From positions 124,001 to 188,000 of the IMG/VR virus record IMGVR_UViG_3300021963_000023: DNA of 64,000 nucleotides; one strand, written 5' to 3'. Each line of letters begins with the position of its first letter. Position 1 is the stretch's first letter. Positions 1 through 9,441 of this stretch are shown piece after piece. Both the position numbers and the translations under genes were made by a program. The notes below the pieces were generated by a model. It was not told the DNA's origin. It saw only the letters and a list, made by a program, of their open reading frames with translations, and did no database searches.

Positions 1-1
1 A

Positions 2-2248
2 ATATGTAGCATTGACAAAACAGGTATTGATTTCACAGTAGATGGAAATAGAGAAAAAATAATTAAAGCTCAAAATACTAAATTGGAGGCTTTAACTAAA
101 AATATGTTAGATAATAAAAATCTAAGAAAATTAGTTATTGGTAACCCAAAACAAATTGATGATTATATCATAAATGGATTTGTTGGTAAATCTAAATCAT
201 ATTTACCAAATCCATATAACGCGGGACAATTAACAACAGGTGTAACAGGAACAAATAAATTTATTGATTTATACATTGGACAACCTATTGAATTTTCAAC
301 ATATACCGGTGTAACAGCAAACAGATACAATAACATATATGCTGACTTTTTTAGAGTTAATAATATTGAAATAACGGAAGAGAATATCTACTCACATAGA
401 GAGCTTGCTAGAATATATGCTGGTTGGGTTAAAGATAATAAAGCAACCAATAATACTTTTATACCTACCAACGCATTATTTAAAACATATATAAAAACTG
501 AAATATTTGATCCACAGGATTCTAGAATTTCATTTTTTTTACAAAACCTTATAAAAAAGTTTAAAGATTTAGGTAAGGAAAAAAATAAAGAGAAAATAAC
601 ATTATACCATGGATATAACGAAGCTAAAACAACGAAATTAGATTTATATCAATATTTTAAATCGTTTAACGATAAGTGGATTGCTGGTAATGCGATTGGA
701 CAAAGACATTTAATGGATGAGTTTTTATTCTTAGATAGGGCTAATAGAGATATTGGTGATAAAGCATATGTAAGTTTAGAAAGAATTATTTCTCTAGGTA
801 GTGAGAAAAATGCAAAAATAGATTTATACAGTGCAATATCAACTTTGATACAGGGCACAAATTTTGATATGAGACCATTACCGGCTTACATTAATTTTTA
901 TGGTACCAATACTAGTAATAAAAAAAGAATTATACCATCTAAAAACTTAGCTAGAAATTTATTCGGAACATTTTTAGATGTTGACTATCAGGACTCATCA
1001 CCTAAAATCATATTACAATATATTAATAAGACATCTCAATACTTGGATATGTCTATAGTTAATAAGGACTATAAATTTAAGAGTGACAGTTTTGATATTA
1101 AGGATACAAATAATAATCCATTAATTGTTGAACCAAGAATATTCATGGAAACAGATACTGCTAATTCAAATAGGGTTGTATCTTTTGAAGTTAATTTTGG
1201 TGATCAAGCTCAGGGTGTTTTTAAAAGTATATCATTAGATCAAAGCACATATAAAAACACAACAGAAAGTGCCCTTGCTCAAGAAAGATTGGCAAGATCA
1301 CAAGGTGGTGGTGGATCACATTCCGTGGACATAGGATTATTTGACATTTATAAAACAGCATCATATCAATGTAGTGTTACTTGTATGGGTAATGTAATGT
1401 TACAACCAACAATGTATTTCTATTTAGCAAATGTTCCAATGTTTAATGGGACCTATTTAATATTTGATGTTAGTCACTCAATAAAAGCTGGACAATTTGA
1501 AACATCATTTACTGGTGTTAGAATTTCAAACAGCACGTTACCATCTCTTGATAGTACGTTTATGTCTAGTTATAGACCATTATTTAGTAGACTACTATCA
1601 TCTGCGGTTAAGAAGAAACAACAAAGTATTCAAAATCCCACAACAGAAAAAACAATTACAACCAAGGATAAACAAACTATTAGTATTGATCCAGGTTTCC
1701 CAGTTGGTGGCGAAGATCTAAATAAAATAATTATAAACCAATCTGGGTTGTTATATGATATTATACCATATAATGGTGCAAAAGTCGGTGGTGCAAATGA
1801 AAAGTATATTCAATACATTGAGCCTAAAAAGGGTGAATTCTGGCTTAGAACAAGGGTGGCATTATTTGGTGGTTCAAAATATGACCCAACAGGTGAATTA
1901 CAATTAATTAGTGGATGGAATGCTTATCCAAATGTTCTTAAAACATATAATGATATTAAAGACACCCTTTTTGATTATTATTCAGTAAGATTACAAATCA
2001 ACAATAATAAAGAAGAGATTTTTAAATATGATACGGAATTTCAGAACCCAGCTTTGGGTTTATCATACACTTTAATTACCGATATGAATCCATCTACCAA
2101 TAGATTTAATGGCCCAGTACATAACGGTCCAGCAATAAGTGATACTCAAGCTGGAGAGTATGGTATGTCAATGTGTGCTAAACTGATGAAAAAATTAAAA
2201 CTAAAGGAAGGGGATGTGGTGTATTTTAGGTTAATTAAAAGAAAATAG
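2..2248 (+). CDS. Large virion protein, baseplate hub (gp27/gpD-like) C-terminal region; 5'-truncated by window edge
   Basis: Frame is open from base 2 (ICSIDKTG...), upstream of the ORF-track TTG at 83. The segment MGNVMLQPTMYFYLANVPMFNGTYLIFDVSHSI...FETSFTGVR resembles the C-terminal barrel of contractile-tail hub proteins. Confidence 0.55.
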   Translation: MCSIDKTGIDFTVDGNREKIIKAQNTKLEALTKNMLDNKNLRKLVIGNPKQIDDYIINGFVGKSKSYLPNPYNAGQLTTGVTGTNKFIDLYIGQPIEFSTYTGVTANRYNNIYADFFRVNNIEITEENIYSHRELARIYAGWVKDNKATNNTFIPTNALFKTYIKTEIFDPQDSRISFFLQNLIKKFKDLGKEKNKEKITLYHGYNEAKTTKLDLYQYFKSFNDKWIAGNAIGQRHLMDEFLFLDRANRDIGDKAYVSLERIISLGSEKNAKIDLYSAISTLIQGTNFDMRPLPAYINFYGTNTSNKKRIIPSKNLARNLFGTFLDVDYQDSSPKIILQYINKTSQYLDMSIVNKDYKFKSDSFDIKDTNNNPLIVEPRIFMETDTANSNRVVSFEVNFGDQAQGVFKSISLDQSTYKNTTESALAQERLARSQGGGGSHSVDIGLFDIYKTASYQCSVTCMGNVMLQPTMYFYLANVPMFNGTYLIFDVSHSIKAGQFETSFTGVRISNSTLPSLDSTFMSSYRPLFSRLLSSAVKKKQQSIQNPTTEKTITTKDKQTISIDPGFPVGGEDLNKIIINQSGLLYDIIPYNGAKVGGANEKYIQYIEPKKGEFWLRTRVALFGGSKYDPTGELQLISGWNAYPNVLKTYNDIKDTLFDYYSVRLQINNNKEEIFKYDTEFQNPALGLSYTLITDMNPSTNRFNGPVHNGPAISDTQAGEYGMSMCAKLMKKLKLKEGDVVYFRLIKRK

Positions 2249-2286
2249 TAAATATTGAAGTATTTATTAGTATATATTTTAACATT

Positions 2287-2484
2287 ATGGAAAAAATAAA
2301 TAAATCGGTAGATCAGTTCTTAAACCCAAAGGTTTCAAGACAAGTATCAAATGACTCAATGGAGAGAGAAGAATGTGATTTACAAACTGGCGAATGCTAT
2401 GTTATTAGATCAAAAGATGGTATCGTTGAAAGAATAAATAAAAAATACATTACCGAAGACGGTAGACAACTATTACAAGACTAA
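2287..2484 (+). CDS. Small hypothetical protein (65 aa, CDLQTGEC motif)
   Basis: ATG preceded by TATTTATT motif at 2261; tightly packed with next gene. Confidence 0.7.
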   Translation: MEKINKSVDQFLNPKVSRQVSNDSMEREECDLQTGECYVIRSKDGIVERINKKYITEDGRQLLQD

Positions 2485-2488
2485 TACT

Positions 2489-3130
2489 ATGTTAGAACAA
2501 AAACTTTTGGAAGAAATAAATAGATATAAATCTATTAACAAAAACGCAAAATCACTTTATGTGATTAATGAGCAAGAATTACCAGCAGCTCCAGCACCTG
2601 AAGATGCTGCGCCAATAGAACCAGGTATGGATGCACTTCCAATGCCCCCAGCTGCACCATTAGAACCAGGAGCGGAAGCGTTACCAGATTCACCGGAAAC
2701 TAGTAGTACAGAAGAAGTTGATGTTACAGATTTAGTTAACATGACTAAAAACATTAAAAATGAGTTAGAAACATCAAAAGGTGAACACGGTAATGTTTTG
2801 CAACAAATGGACGCTGTATTCAGTAAACTAGATGATCTTGAAATGAAATTGGGTAATATGGATGCTGTTATAGCAAAAATTGACCAATTGGGTACCAAGG
2901 TAGACGGAATGAAACCTCAAACCCCTCAAGAAAAATTAGAAATGCGTTCTTTAGATTCATATCCATTTAACGAAAAACCTCAAGAGTTCTTCGCGCATAA
3001 GCAACAAGAAATGAGAGCTAGTGGGAAAAACGAATATGTTTTAACCAAAAGCGACATTCAAAACTACTCTAAAGAAGACTTAACACAATCATTTAACCCT
3101 TTTGAAGATGAAGAACAATCTCAGTTCTAA
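2489..3130 (+). CDS. Acidic/Pro-rich coiled-coil protein, possibly head scaffold-like
   Basis: 213 aa; N-terminal LLEEINRYK helix, PAAP/EP low-complexity linker, central coiled coil. Confidence 0.6.
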   Translation: MLEQKLLEEINRYKSINKNAKSLYVINEQELPAAPAPEDAAPIEPGMDALPMPPAAPLEPGAEALPDSPETSSTEEVDVTDLVNMTKNIKNELETSKGEHGNVLQQMDAVFSKLDDLEMKLGNMDAVIAKIDQLGTKVDGMKPQTPQEKLEMRSLDSYPFNEKPQEFFAHKQQEMRASGKNEYVLTKSDIQNYSKEDLTQSFNPFEDEEQSQF

Positions 3131-3488
3131 TGTAAACTTATTCCTAGGGTTGCAATGCCAATTTAAGATAATGCATTGGCAAACAAAGGGTTATGCTAGA
3201 CATCAAGCATTTGGTAACATTTATGATACCCTAGACGGCCTAATAGACACATATGTTGAGGTATCAATGGGTAAATTTGGTAGATTCGTTTTAGATGAGT
3301 CAACTAGAAATATTGAAATATTTAACTTACAAGATATTGAAATCGTTAAGTTTATTCAAAAAATAAAACAATTTTTAATTGATTTAGGTAAGGAATTATC
3401 CCCAGAAAGCGACACTGACTTATTAAATATAAAAGACGAAATGCTTGCTGAAGTTAATAAATTGGCATATCTTTTGACCTTAGAATAG
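3108..3488 (+). CDS. Ferritin/Dps-like four-helix protein (DUF5856-like)
   Basis: HWQTKGYARHQAFGNIYDTLDGLIDTYVE matches the Dps ferroxidase pattern HW..G...H..F...Y..L....D...E; ATG at 3108. Confidence 0.7.
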   Translation: MKNNLSSNVNLFLGLQCQFKIMHWQTKGYARHQAFGNIYDTLDGLIDTYVEVSMGKFGRFVLDESTRNIEIFNLQDIEIVKFIQKIKQFLIDLGKELSPESDTDLLNIKDEMLAEVNKLAYLLTLE

Positions 3489-3518
3489 TAATATAAAAAT
3501 ATTTTAAAAATAATTGAG

Positions 3519-3545
3519 ACCGGATTTTTTAATCCGGTTTTTTTT
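3519..3545 (+). terminator. Intrinsic terminator
   Basis: accggatt-tttt-aatccggt stem followed by T run. Confidence 0.85.
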
Positions 3546-3590
3546 ATGTATATTTTGATATAAGATTTTTAACAATTAAAAAAAACTATC

Positions 3591-4427
3591 ATGGCAACAG
3601 TAGATTCAGTACTTGCACAGTACGAAAAAAACAAAAACGCTACAAGTAGCAACGCAAACAAAATGTCGAGTGAAGACAGATTGAAAAGGTATTTCACAAC
3701 AGTCCTTCCTAAGGGAGTTAAATCTGGTGAAAAACGTATCAGAATTTTACCAACAGTAGATGGTGAAACACCATTTAAAGAAGGTTATTTCCACGAAATT
3801 CAAATTGATGGTAATTGGACTAAATTATATGATCCAGCTCAAGAAGGTAAACGTTCACCTTTGAATGAGGTTAAGGATGCATTATATGCAACTAAGGTTC
3901 AATCTGACGCTGAATTAGCTCGTCAATATCGTTCACGTAAGTTCTATATCGTTAAGGTTATCGATAGAGACAATGAGCAAGACGGACCAAAATTCTGGAG
4001 ATTTAAACATAACGCCAAAGGAGATGGTATTATGGATAAGATATTCCCGGTTTTCCAAAAGAAAGGTGACATTACTGATGTTCAAACAGGTAGAGATATC
4101 ACATTATTCTTAGCATTAACTAAATCTGGTAATGGTAAAGAATATACATCGATTAATTCGGTTATGCCAGAAGATCCATCTCCACTTCATGAAGATGCTG
4201 CTCAAGCTAGCGCATGGGTTAACGAGGAAACAACATGGAATGATGTTTATTCTAAAAAACCAGAAGAGTATCTAGAAATGGTAGCTAAAGGTGAGACACC
4301 AACTTGGGATACTGAAAACAAAAAGTGGGCGTCTAATTCTCAAGGTGAGGTGGTTTTTAGTGCACCTTCAGCGCCTATTGAAGACCCTCAAGAAGAAGAG
4401 GAAACAGATGAGAACTTACCGTTCTAA
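3591..4427 (+). CDS. Single-stranded DNA-binding protein, T4 gp32-like
   Basis: RIRILP...PF...FH; Y+VKVIDRDNEQDGPKFWRF; GRDITL; acidic tail ending EEEETDENLPF; lies next to recA. Confidence 0.8.
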   Translation: MATVDSVLAQYEKNKNATSSNANKMSSEDRLKRYFTTVLPKGVKSGEKRIRILPTVDGETPFKEGYFHEIQIDGNWTKLYDPAQEGKRSPLNEVKDALYATKVQSDAELARQYRSRKFYIVKVIDRDNEQDGPKFWRFKHNAKGDGIMDKIFPVFQKKGDITDVQTGRDITLFLALTKSGNGKEYTSINSVMPEDPSPLHEDAAQASAWVNEETTWNDVYSKKPEEYLEMVAKGETPTWDTENKKWASNSQGEVVFSAPSAPIEDPQEEEETDENLPF

Positions 4428-4482
4428 ATTAATTAAAGGGGTGGAGATAACGTCAGAAGCCCCATTTTAAAAAAACTATAAA

Positions 4483-5496
4483 ATGGCTATTAAGAAAAAA
4501 CAATTTAGCGACGAAGATATTCTAAAGGAATTTTCGACTAAGACAAAGTATAAAGAAACTAACCACTATTATTGCGGTCAACCATTCTTGGATGCTTGTG
4601 GTATGCCAGGTCCAGTTATGGGTGGTATTAATATGTTCTTAGGTCACTCTAACTCTTCTAAAACAACAGCAATGATTTTAGCTGCGGCTGATGCTCAAAA
4701 AAAGGGGCACCTACCTGTCTTTATTATTACTGAGAAGAAGTGGAATTGGGAACATGCGGTTCAATTAGGTCTTCAAGCTGAACAAGATGAAGATGGAGAA
4801 TGGCACGGTAATTTTATCTTTAATGACGGGTTTGATTACATTGAAGAAATCACTGAATTTATTAACAAATTGATTGATGCTCAAGCTAGTGGTAAACTTA
4901 ACAAATCAATATTAATTTGTTGGGACTCTGTTGGATCTGTACCATGTAAAATGACATTTGAAGGTAAAGGCGGTAAACAACATAATGCTTCTGCTTTAGC
5001 TGATAAAATTGGAATGGGAATTCATTCTAGAATTTCTAAATCAAAGAAAGAAGATTATCCAACAAAAGAAAATCCATTATATGTAACCATGATTGTTGTT
5101 AACCAACCGTGGGTGGAACTTCCAGATAATCCATTTGGACAACCAGAGATTAAAGCGAAGGGTGGCGAAGCGTTATGGTTAGCATCTTCAATTGTATTCT
5201 TATTTGGTAATCAAAAGAAAGCTGGTATCAATCACATTGATGCAGTTAAAGGTGGTAGAAAAGTTACATATGCAATCAGAACTAAAATCTCAATTCTTAA
5301 AAACCACGTAAATGGTTTAGCATATAGAGATGGTAAGATTATTGCTGTACCACAAGGATACATTCATGATACTAAAGAAGCTTTAGAAATTTATAAAAAA
5401 GATTATTCTGATTATTGGAATAAAGTTCTTAGTGGGTTTGGTGAAGGTGATATCGTGTTCTCAGAGTCTGAAGATGAAGAGATTGGAGGCGAATAG
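4483..5496 (+). CDS. recA: RecA/UvsX-like recombinase
   Basis: Walker A-like GHSNSSKTT, catalytic E (IITEKK), Walker B CWDSVGS, NQ and GG.AL motifs. Confidence 0.85.
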   Translation: MAIKKKQFSDEDILKEFSTKTKYKETNHYYCGQPFLDACGMPGPVMGGINMFLGHSNSSKTTAMILAAADAQKKGHLPVFIITEKKWNWEHAVQLGLQAEQDEDGEWHGNFIFNDGFDYIEEITEFINKLIDAQASGKLNKSILICWDSVGSVPCKMTFEGKGGKQHNASALADKIGMGIHSRISKSKKEDYPTKENPLYVTMIVVNQPWVELPDNPFGQPEIKAKGGEALWLASSIVFLFGNQKKAGINHIDAVKGGRKVTYAIRTKISILKNHVNGLAYRDGKIIAVPQGYIHDTKEALEIYKKDYSDYWNKVLSGFGEGDIVFSESEDEEIGGE

Positions 5497-5535
5497 GAAA
5501 TTTTATATTGTTTAACATTTAACACAACAGACGAA

Positions 5536-6561
5536 ATGTCTAACACATTATTGGTTGATGGAGATAATTTATTAACCATAGGTTTCTACGGACAAAAGAA
5601 TAGATTTTATAAGGGTCAACATATTGGGGGTTTATTCCACTTTATTGACACCCTTAGAAGATCTTTCGAAACATATCAGTTAGACAAAATTTGTGTATTT
5701 TGGGATGGTAAAGAAGGCTCTCTATCTAGAAAGAAAATTTACCATCACTACAAAGAAAACAGAAAGCAAAGAAACAGAACGGAAGAGGAAATTAATTCAT
5801 ATCAATATCAAAGAAATAGAATTAAAAAATACCTAGAAGAATTATACGTTAGGCAAGCCGAATTTGAATACTGTGAATCTGATGATTGTATTGCTTTCTA
5901 TGCTCAAACTTCCCCAACAGAAAAGAAAATAGTTTATTCTTCTGATAGAGACCTCGTACAATTAATTAATGATGAGGTTATATTATACAATCCATCTCAT
6001 AGAAAGGTGTATTCTAAAAATGACATGATGCCTTATGATCATGAAGAAGTACTAATCGAAAACGTAAAGCTCATAAAAATATTATGTGGCGATCCATCTG
6101 ACAACATATTTGGTATTAAAAATTTGGGAATAAAAAGACTCATTAGCCTCTTTCCTGAAATTAAAACAAAACAGTTAACCTTACAAGAAGTAAGAAATCA
6201 AGGTAATTTAATATTTGAATCTGATAAAGAGAATAAATTAATTCAAAACTTCCTAACTGGTGTTACTAAACTAGGTGTTTTTGGAGATGAATTCTTTGAG
6301 ATAAATAATAAAATGGTTTGTCTAGATGATCCAATATTAACAGATGAAGCCAAAATAGGTATCATATCCTTGATTAAGGAGAATTTGGACTCAGAAGGTA
6401 GGTCATATAAGAACACCATGAAGATGATGATGGAAGATGGTTTATTCAGCATATTACCTAAAGCGGATGATTCTTGGATAAAATTCCTAAACCCATTTCT
6501 AAGGTTAACACAGATAGAAAAAAATAAAAAAAAAATAATAAAATTTAATATTAAAAAGTAA
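5536..6561 (+). CDS. 5'-3' exonuclease / flap endonuclease (T4 RNase H / Pol I N-terminal type)
   Basis: LLVDGDNL, VFWDG, YKENR, ESDDCIA, SSDRDLVQL, GDPSDNIFGI motifs. Confidence 0.9.
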   Translation: MSNTLLVDGDNLLTIGFYGQKNRFYKGQHIGGLFHFIDTLRRSFETYQLDKICVFWDGKEGSLSRKKIYHHYKENRKQRNRTEEEINSYQYQRNRIKKYLEELYVRQAEFEYCESDDCIAFYAQTSPTEKKIVYSSDRDLVQLINDEVILYNPSHRKVYSKNDMMPYDHEEVLIENVKLIKILCGDPSDNIFGIKNLGIKRLISLFPEIKTKQLTLQEVRNQGNLIFESDKENKLIQNFLTGVTKLGVFGDEFFEINNKMVCLDDPILTDEAKIGIISLIKENLDSEGRSYKNTMKMMMEDGLFSILPKADDSWIKFLNPFLRLTQIEKNKKKIIKFNIKK

Positions 6562-6566
6562 CATTT

Positions 6567-7016
6567 ATGAATAGTAACTTACAAGACCCAAACAAATTTG
6601 AGTTTTTACTAACATTAGACGGGAATATCATTTGTCAAAGATTTTTCAATGTCAGAGATTATAATCCAAGAACCAGAAGATCAATAAATTTACATGAAGA
6701 AGTAAAATTTATTTGTACGGAAATTTCAGACGATTTAAAAATAAAAAGTTCCGATTATTTGAGTGAAAATCAGGCATTTTTTATGAATAACGACATTGTG
6801 GAAGACCCCAAAGAATTGGATGAGCAGTATTTTTTGTTGCAAATTAAACAAGGCGACGAGGTATTTATTGAAAGAATATTCCCTGCCCATTACTATCACC
6901 CAAAGGTTAGATATGCGGTAGATATCAGACCAAAACTGAGGAAGATTTTGGGAGATTTAACTGAAGTTTTGTCACTTAGTGATCCTGAGACGACTTACCT
7001 TCAGTACAAGCTTTAA
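6567..7016 (+). CDS. Hypothetical protein (149 aa)
   Basis: ATG ORF packed between exonuclease and helicase. Confidence 0.75.
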   Translation: MNSNLQDPNKFEFLLTLDGNIICQRFFNVRDYNPRTRRSINLHEEVKFICTEISDDLKIKSSDYLSENQAFFMNNDIVEDPKELDEQYFLLQIKQGDEVFIERIFPAHYYHPKVRYAVDIRPKLRKILGDLTEVLSLSDPETTYLQYKL

Positions 7017-7046
7017 TTTTTATTAATAATTTGAAATAACATATAT

Positions 7047-8432
7047 ATGAATGACATAAATTTTGGTCACTTAGGGGCTAACTATCAGTTATCTTTACTT
7101 AAGCTGATCATTGAAGACAGGAAGTTTTCGGAAACAATAATCGAGGTCATAGAGCCTGACTATTTTGATAATAGTGGAATGAAATTTATCGTTCAAAATA
7201 TAAAAGAATATTTTGAGACTTATGGTAAGACTGTGCCACAGTATAATGCGATCGAGGAACAAATAAAGGCTGAAAGCATTTCCGATACTAACAGAAAGTC
7301 AAATCTTGACATGTTATTAAATATTAAAAACCACGTCATTGAACTAGGAAGCATTCCCGGTACCAAGGATAGGGCTATAAAATTCTGTAAACAACAAGTA
7401 GTAAAGAAGGCAATTAAGAAAATTGAGGAAATTACTAAAAGGGGTGACTTTGAACAGTATAGTACTATTGAGAAAATTATTCAAGATGCCCTTCAGGTTG
7501 GCGTTATGGATCATGAAATCGAAGATGTGTTTGATAATGTCTTAATGGCACTACAAGCAGACAATAGAAGACCAATTCCAACGGGAGTTAATGGTATTGA
7601 TGGGTTATTAGATGGTGGATTAGGTAGAGGCGAATTAGGGGTTGTATTAGCTCCAACCGGTACCGGTAAAACAACATTATTAACCAAATTTTCAAATGAG
7701 GCATACAATTCTGGATACAATGTTGTACAGATATTTTTTGAAGATAACATTAATAACATTAAAAGAAAGCACTTTACAATTTGGACCGGTATATCTCCCA
7801 AGGATCAACCATTAGAAGCAGAGAAGATTGAAGAAATCGTTGCTGAAAGAAGAAAAGAATCCAAGGGTGAACTTAGGTTATTAAAACTACCAAGTGATTC
7901 TGTTACAATTTCTGAAATAAAATCTAAATTAAGAAAGCTACAATCTGATGGATTTAGAATAGATTTAGTAACTTTGGATTATGTTGATTGTATCACCCCA
8001 GAAAAAACGAATTATAATGAAGAGTGGAAAGGGGATGGGGCTATTATGAGACAGTTAGAATCCATGACATCTGAATTTGATGTGGCTATTTGGACAGCAA
8101 CACAAGGTAATAGAGAATCTATTAAAAGTGAGGTTGTAACAACAGATCAAATGGGTGGGTCAATTAAAAAAGCACAAATTGGTCACGTTGTTTTATCTAT
8201 TGGTAAAACGATAGAACAAAAAGAACAGAATCTGGCAACAATAACACTTTTAAAATCTAGAATAGGAAGAGATGGGGTAATTTTTAATAACTGCAAATTT
8301 AACAATGAGTTCTTAACTATTGACACAGATTTTCAAAATACATTACTTGGCTATAAAGAAGAAAAAGAAGAGCAAAAGAGAAACAGAACTAGCACTGTTT
8401 ACCAACAATTCTTAGAAAAAAATACAAACTAA
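7047..8432 (+). CDS. dnaB: Replicative DNA helicase, DnaB/gp41-like
   Basis: [21 protein letters not shown] Walker A; LDYVD Walker B; TATQGNR; KSRIG arginine finger. Confidence 0.92.
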   Translation: MNDINFGHLGANYQLSLLKLIIEDRKFSETIIEVIEPDYFDNSGMKFIVQNIKEYFETYGKTVPQYNAIEEQIKAESISDTNRKSNLDMLLNIKNHVIELGSIPGTKDRAIKFCKQQVVKKAIKKIEEITKRGDFEQYSTIEKIIQDALQVGVMDHEIEDVFDNVLMALQADNRRPIPTGVNGIDGLLDGGLGRGELGVVLAPTGTGKTTLLTKFSNEAYNSGYNVVQIFFEDNINNIKRKHFTIWTGISPKDQPLEAEKIEEIVAERRKESKGELRLLKLPSDSVTISEIKSKLRKLQSDGFRIDLVTLDYVDCITPEKTNYNEEWKGDGAIMRQLESMTSEFDVAIWTATQGNRESIKSEVVTTDQMGGSIKKAQIGHVVLSIGKTIEQKEQNLATITLLKSRIGRDGVIFNNCKFNNEFLTIDTDFQNTLLGYKEEKEEQKRNRTSTVYQQFLEKNTN

Positions 8433-8442
8433 AAATAAAAAA

Positions 8443-9420
8443 ATGACAGAAAAAATTTTAATGGACAATCCGGGACGTTTCGTTCTTTTCCCAATTCAGC
8501 ATGATGATTTATGGAGATTATTTAAGCAACAAGAAGCATGCTTTTGGACAGCAGAAGAAATTGATCTTGGACAAGATATATATGATTGGGACAACAAACT
8601 AAATGCTGATGAACAACATTTTGTAAAACATGTTTTGGCTTTTTTTGCGGCATCAGACGGAATTGTAAATGAAAATTTAGCAATGAATTTTGTTAATGAG
8701 GTTCAATATACTGAGGCAAAGTTTTTCTACTCATTTCAAATGATGATGGAAAACATTCACAGTGAAACATATTCATTGTTAATTGACTCATATATTAAAG
8801 ATAAAGAAGAACAACATAAATTGTTTAATGCTATTGATACTATACCAGCAATTAAGAAAAAAGCTGACTGGGCAATCAAATGGATTAATTCAGAATCATT
8901 TGTTGATAGACTAGTGGCATTTGCTGCGGTTGAAGGTATATTCTTTTCTGGTTCATTCTGTTCAATCTTCTGGTTAAAAAAACGTGGTTTAATGCCAGGT
9001 TTAACATTCTCTAATGAATTAATTTCTCGTGACGAGGGTATGCATTGTGATTATGCTTGTCATTTATTTAATAACCATATTGAAAAGAAAATATCAGAGA
9101 AAAGAGTTAAGGAGATTATTTGTGGAGCATTAGAAATTGAAAAGGAATTTATATTAGAAGCTTTACCAGTCCGTTTAATTGGTATGAATTCTGAATTAAT
9201 GGGTCAATACTTAGAATTTGTTACTGACAGATTGTTAGTTGCTTTAGGTTGTTCTAAAGTTTACAATTCAGAAAACCCATTTGACTTTATGCAAAATATT
9301 GCGTTACAGGGTAAAACAAACTTTTTTGAAAAAAGAGTTGCTGAATATCAAAAGGCTGGTGTAAATAAAACAAACGAGTCAGAAGATTTAAATTCTGCAT
9401 TTGGTGATGTTGATTTCTAA
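8443..9420 (+). CDS. nrdB: Ribonucleotide reductase class Ia beta subunit
   Basis: [46 protein letters not shown] di-iron motifs. Confidence 0.97.
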   Translation: MTEKILMDNPGRFVLFPIQHDDLWRLFKQQEACFWTAEEIDLGQDIYDWDNKLNADEQHFVKHVLAFFAASDGIVNENLAMNFVNEVQYTEAKFFYSFQMMMENIHSETYSLLIDSYIKDKEEQHKLFNAIDTIPAIKKKADWAIKWINSESFVDRLVAFAAVEGIFFSGSFCSIFWLKKRGLMPGLTFSNELISRDEGMHCDYACHLFNNHIEKKISEKRVKEIICGALEIEKEFILEALPVRLIGMNSELMGQYLEFVTDRLLVALGCSKVYNSENPFDFMQNIALQGKTNFFEKRVAEYQKAGVNKTNESEDLNSAFGDVDF

Positions 9421-9441
9421 AAAAAATAATAGAATAGAAAA

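Noticed and set aside
6526-6535. A10 run at the end of the 5'-3' exonuclease as a second frameshift site
   Set aside because: The -1 frame hits a stop within a few codons; there is no orphan coding tail.
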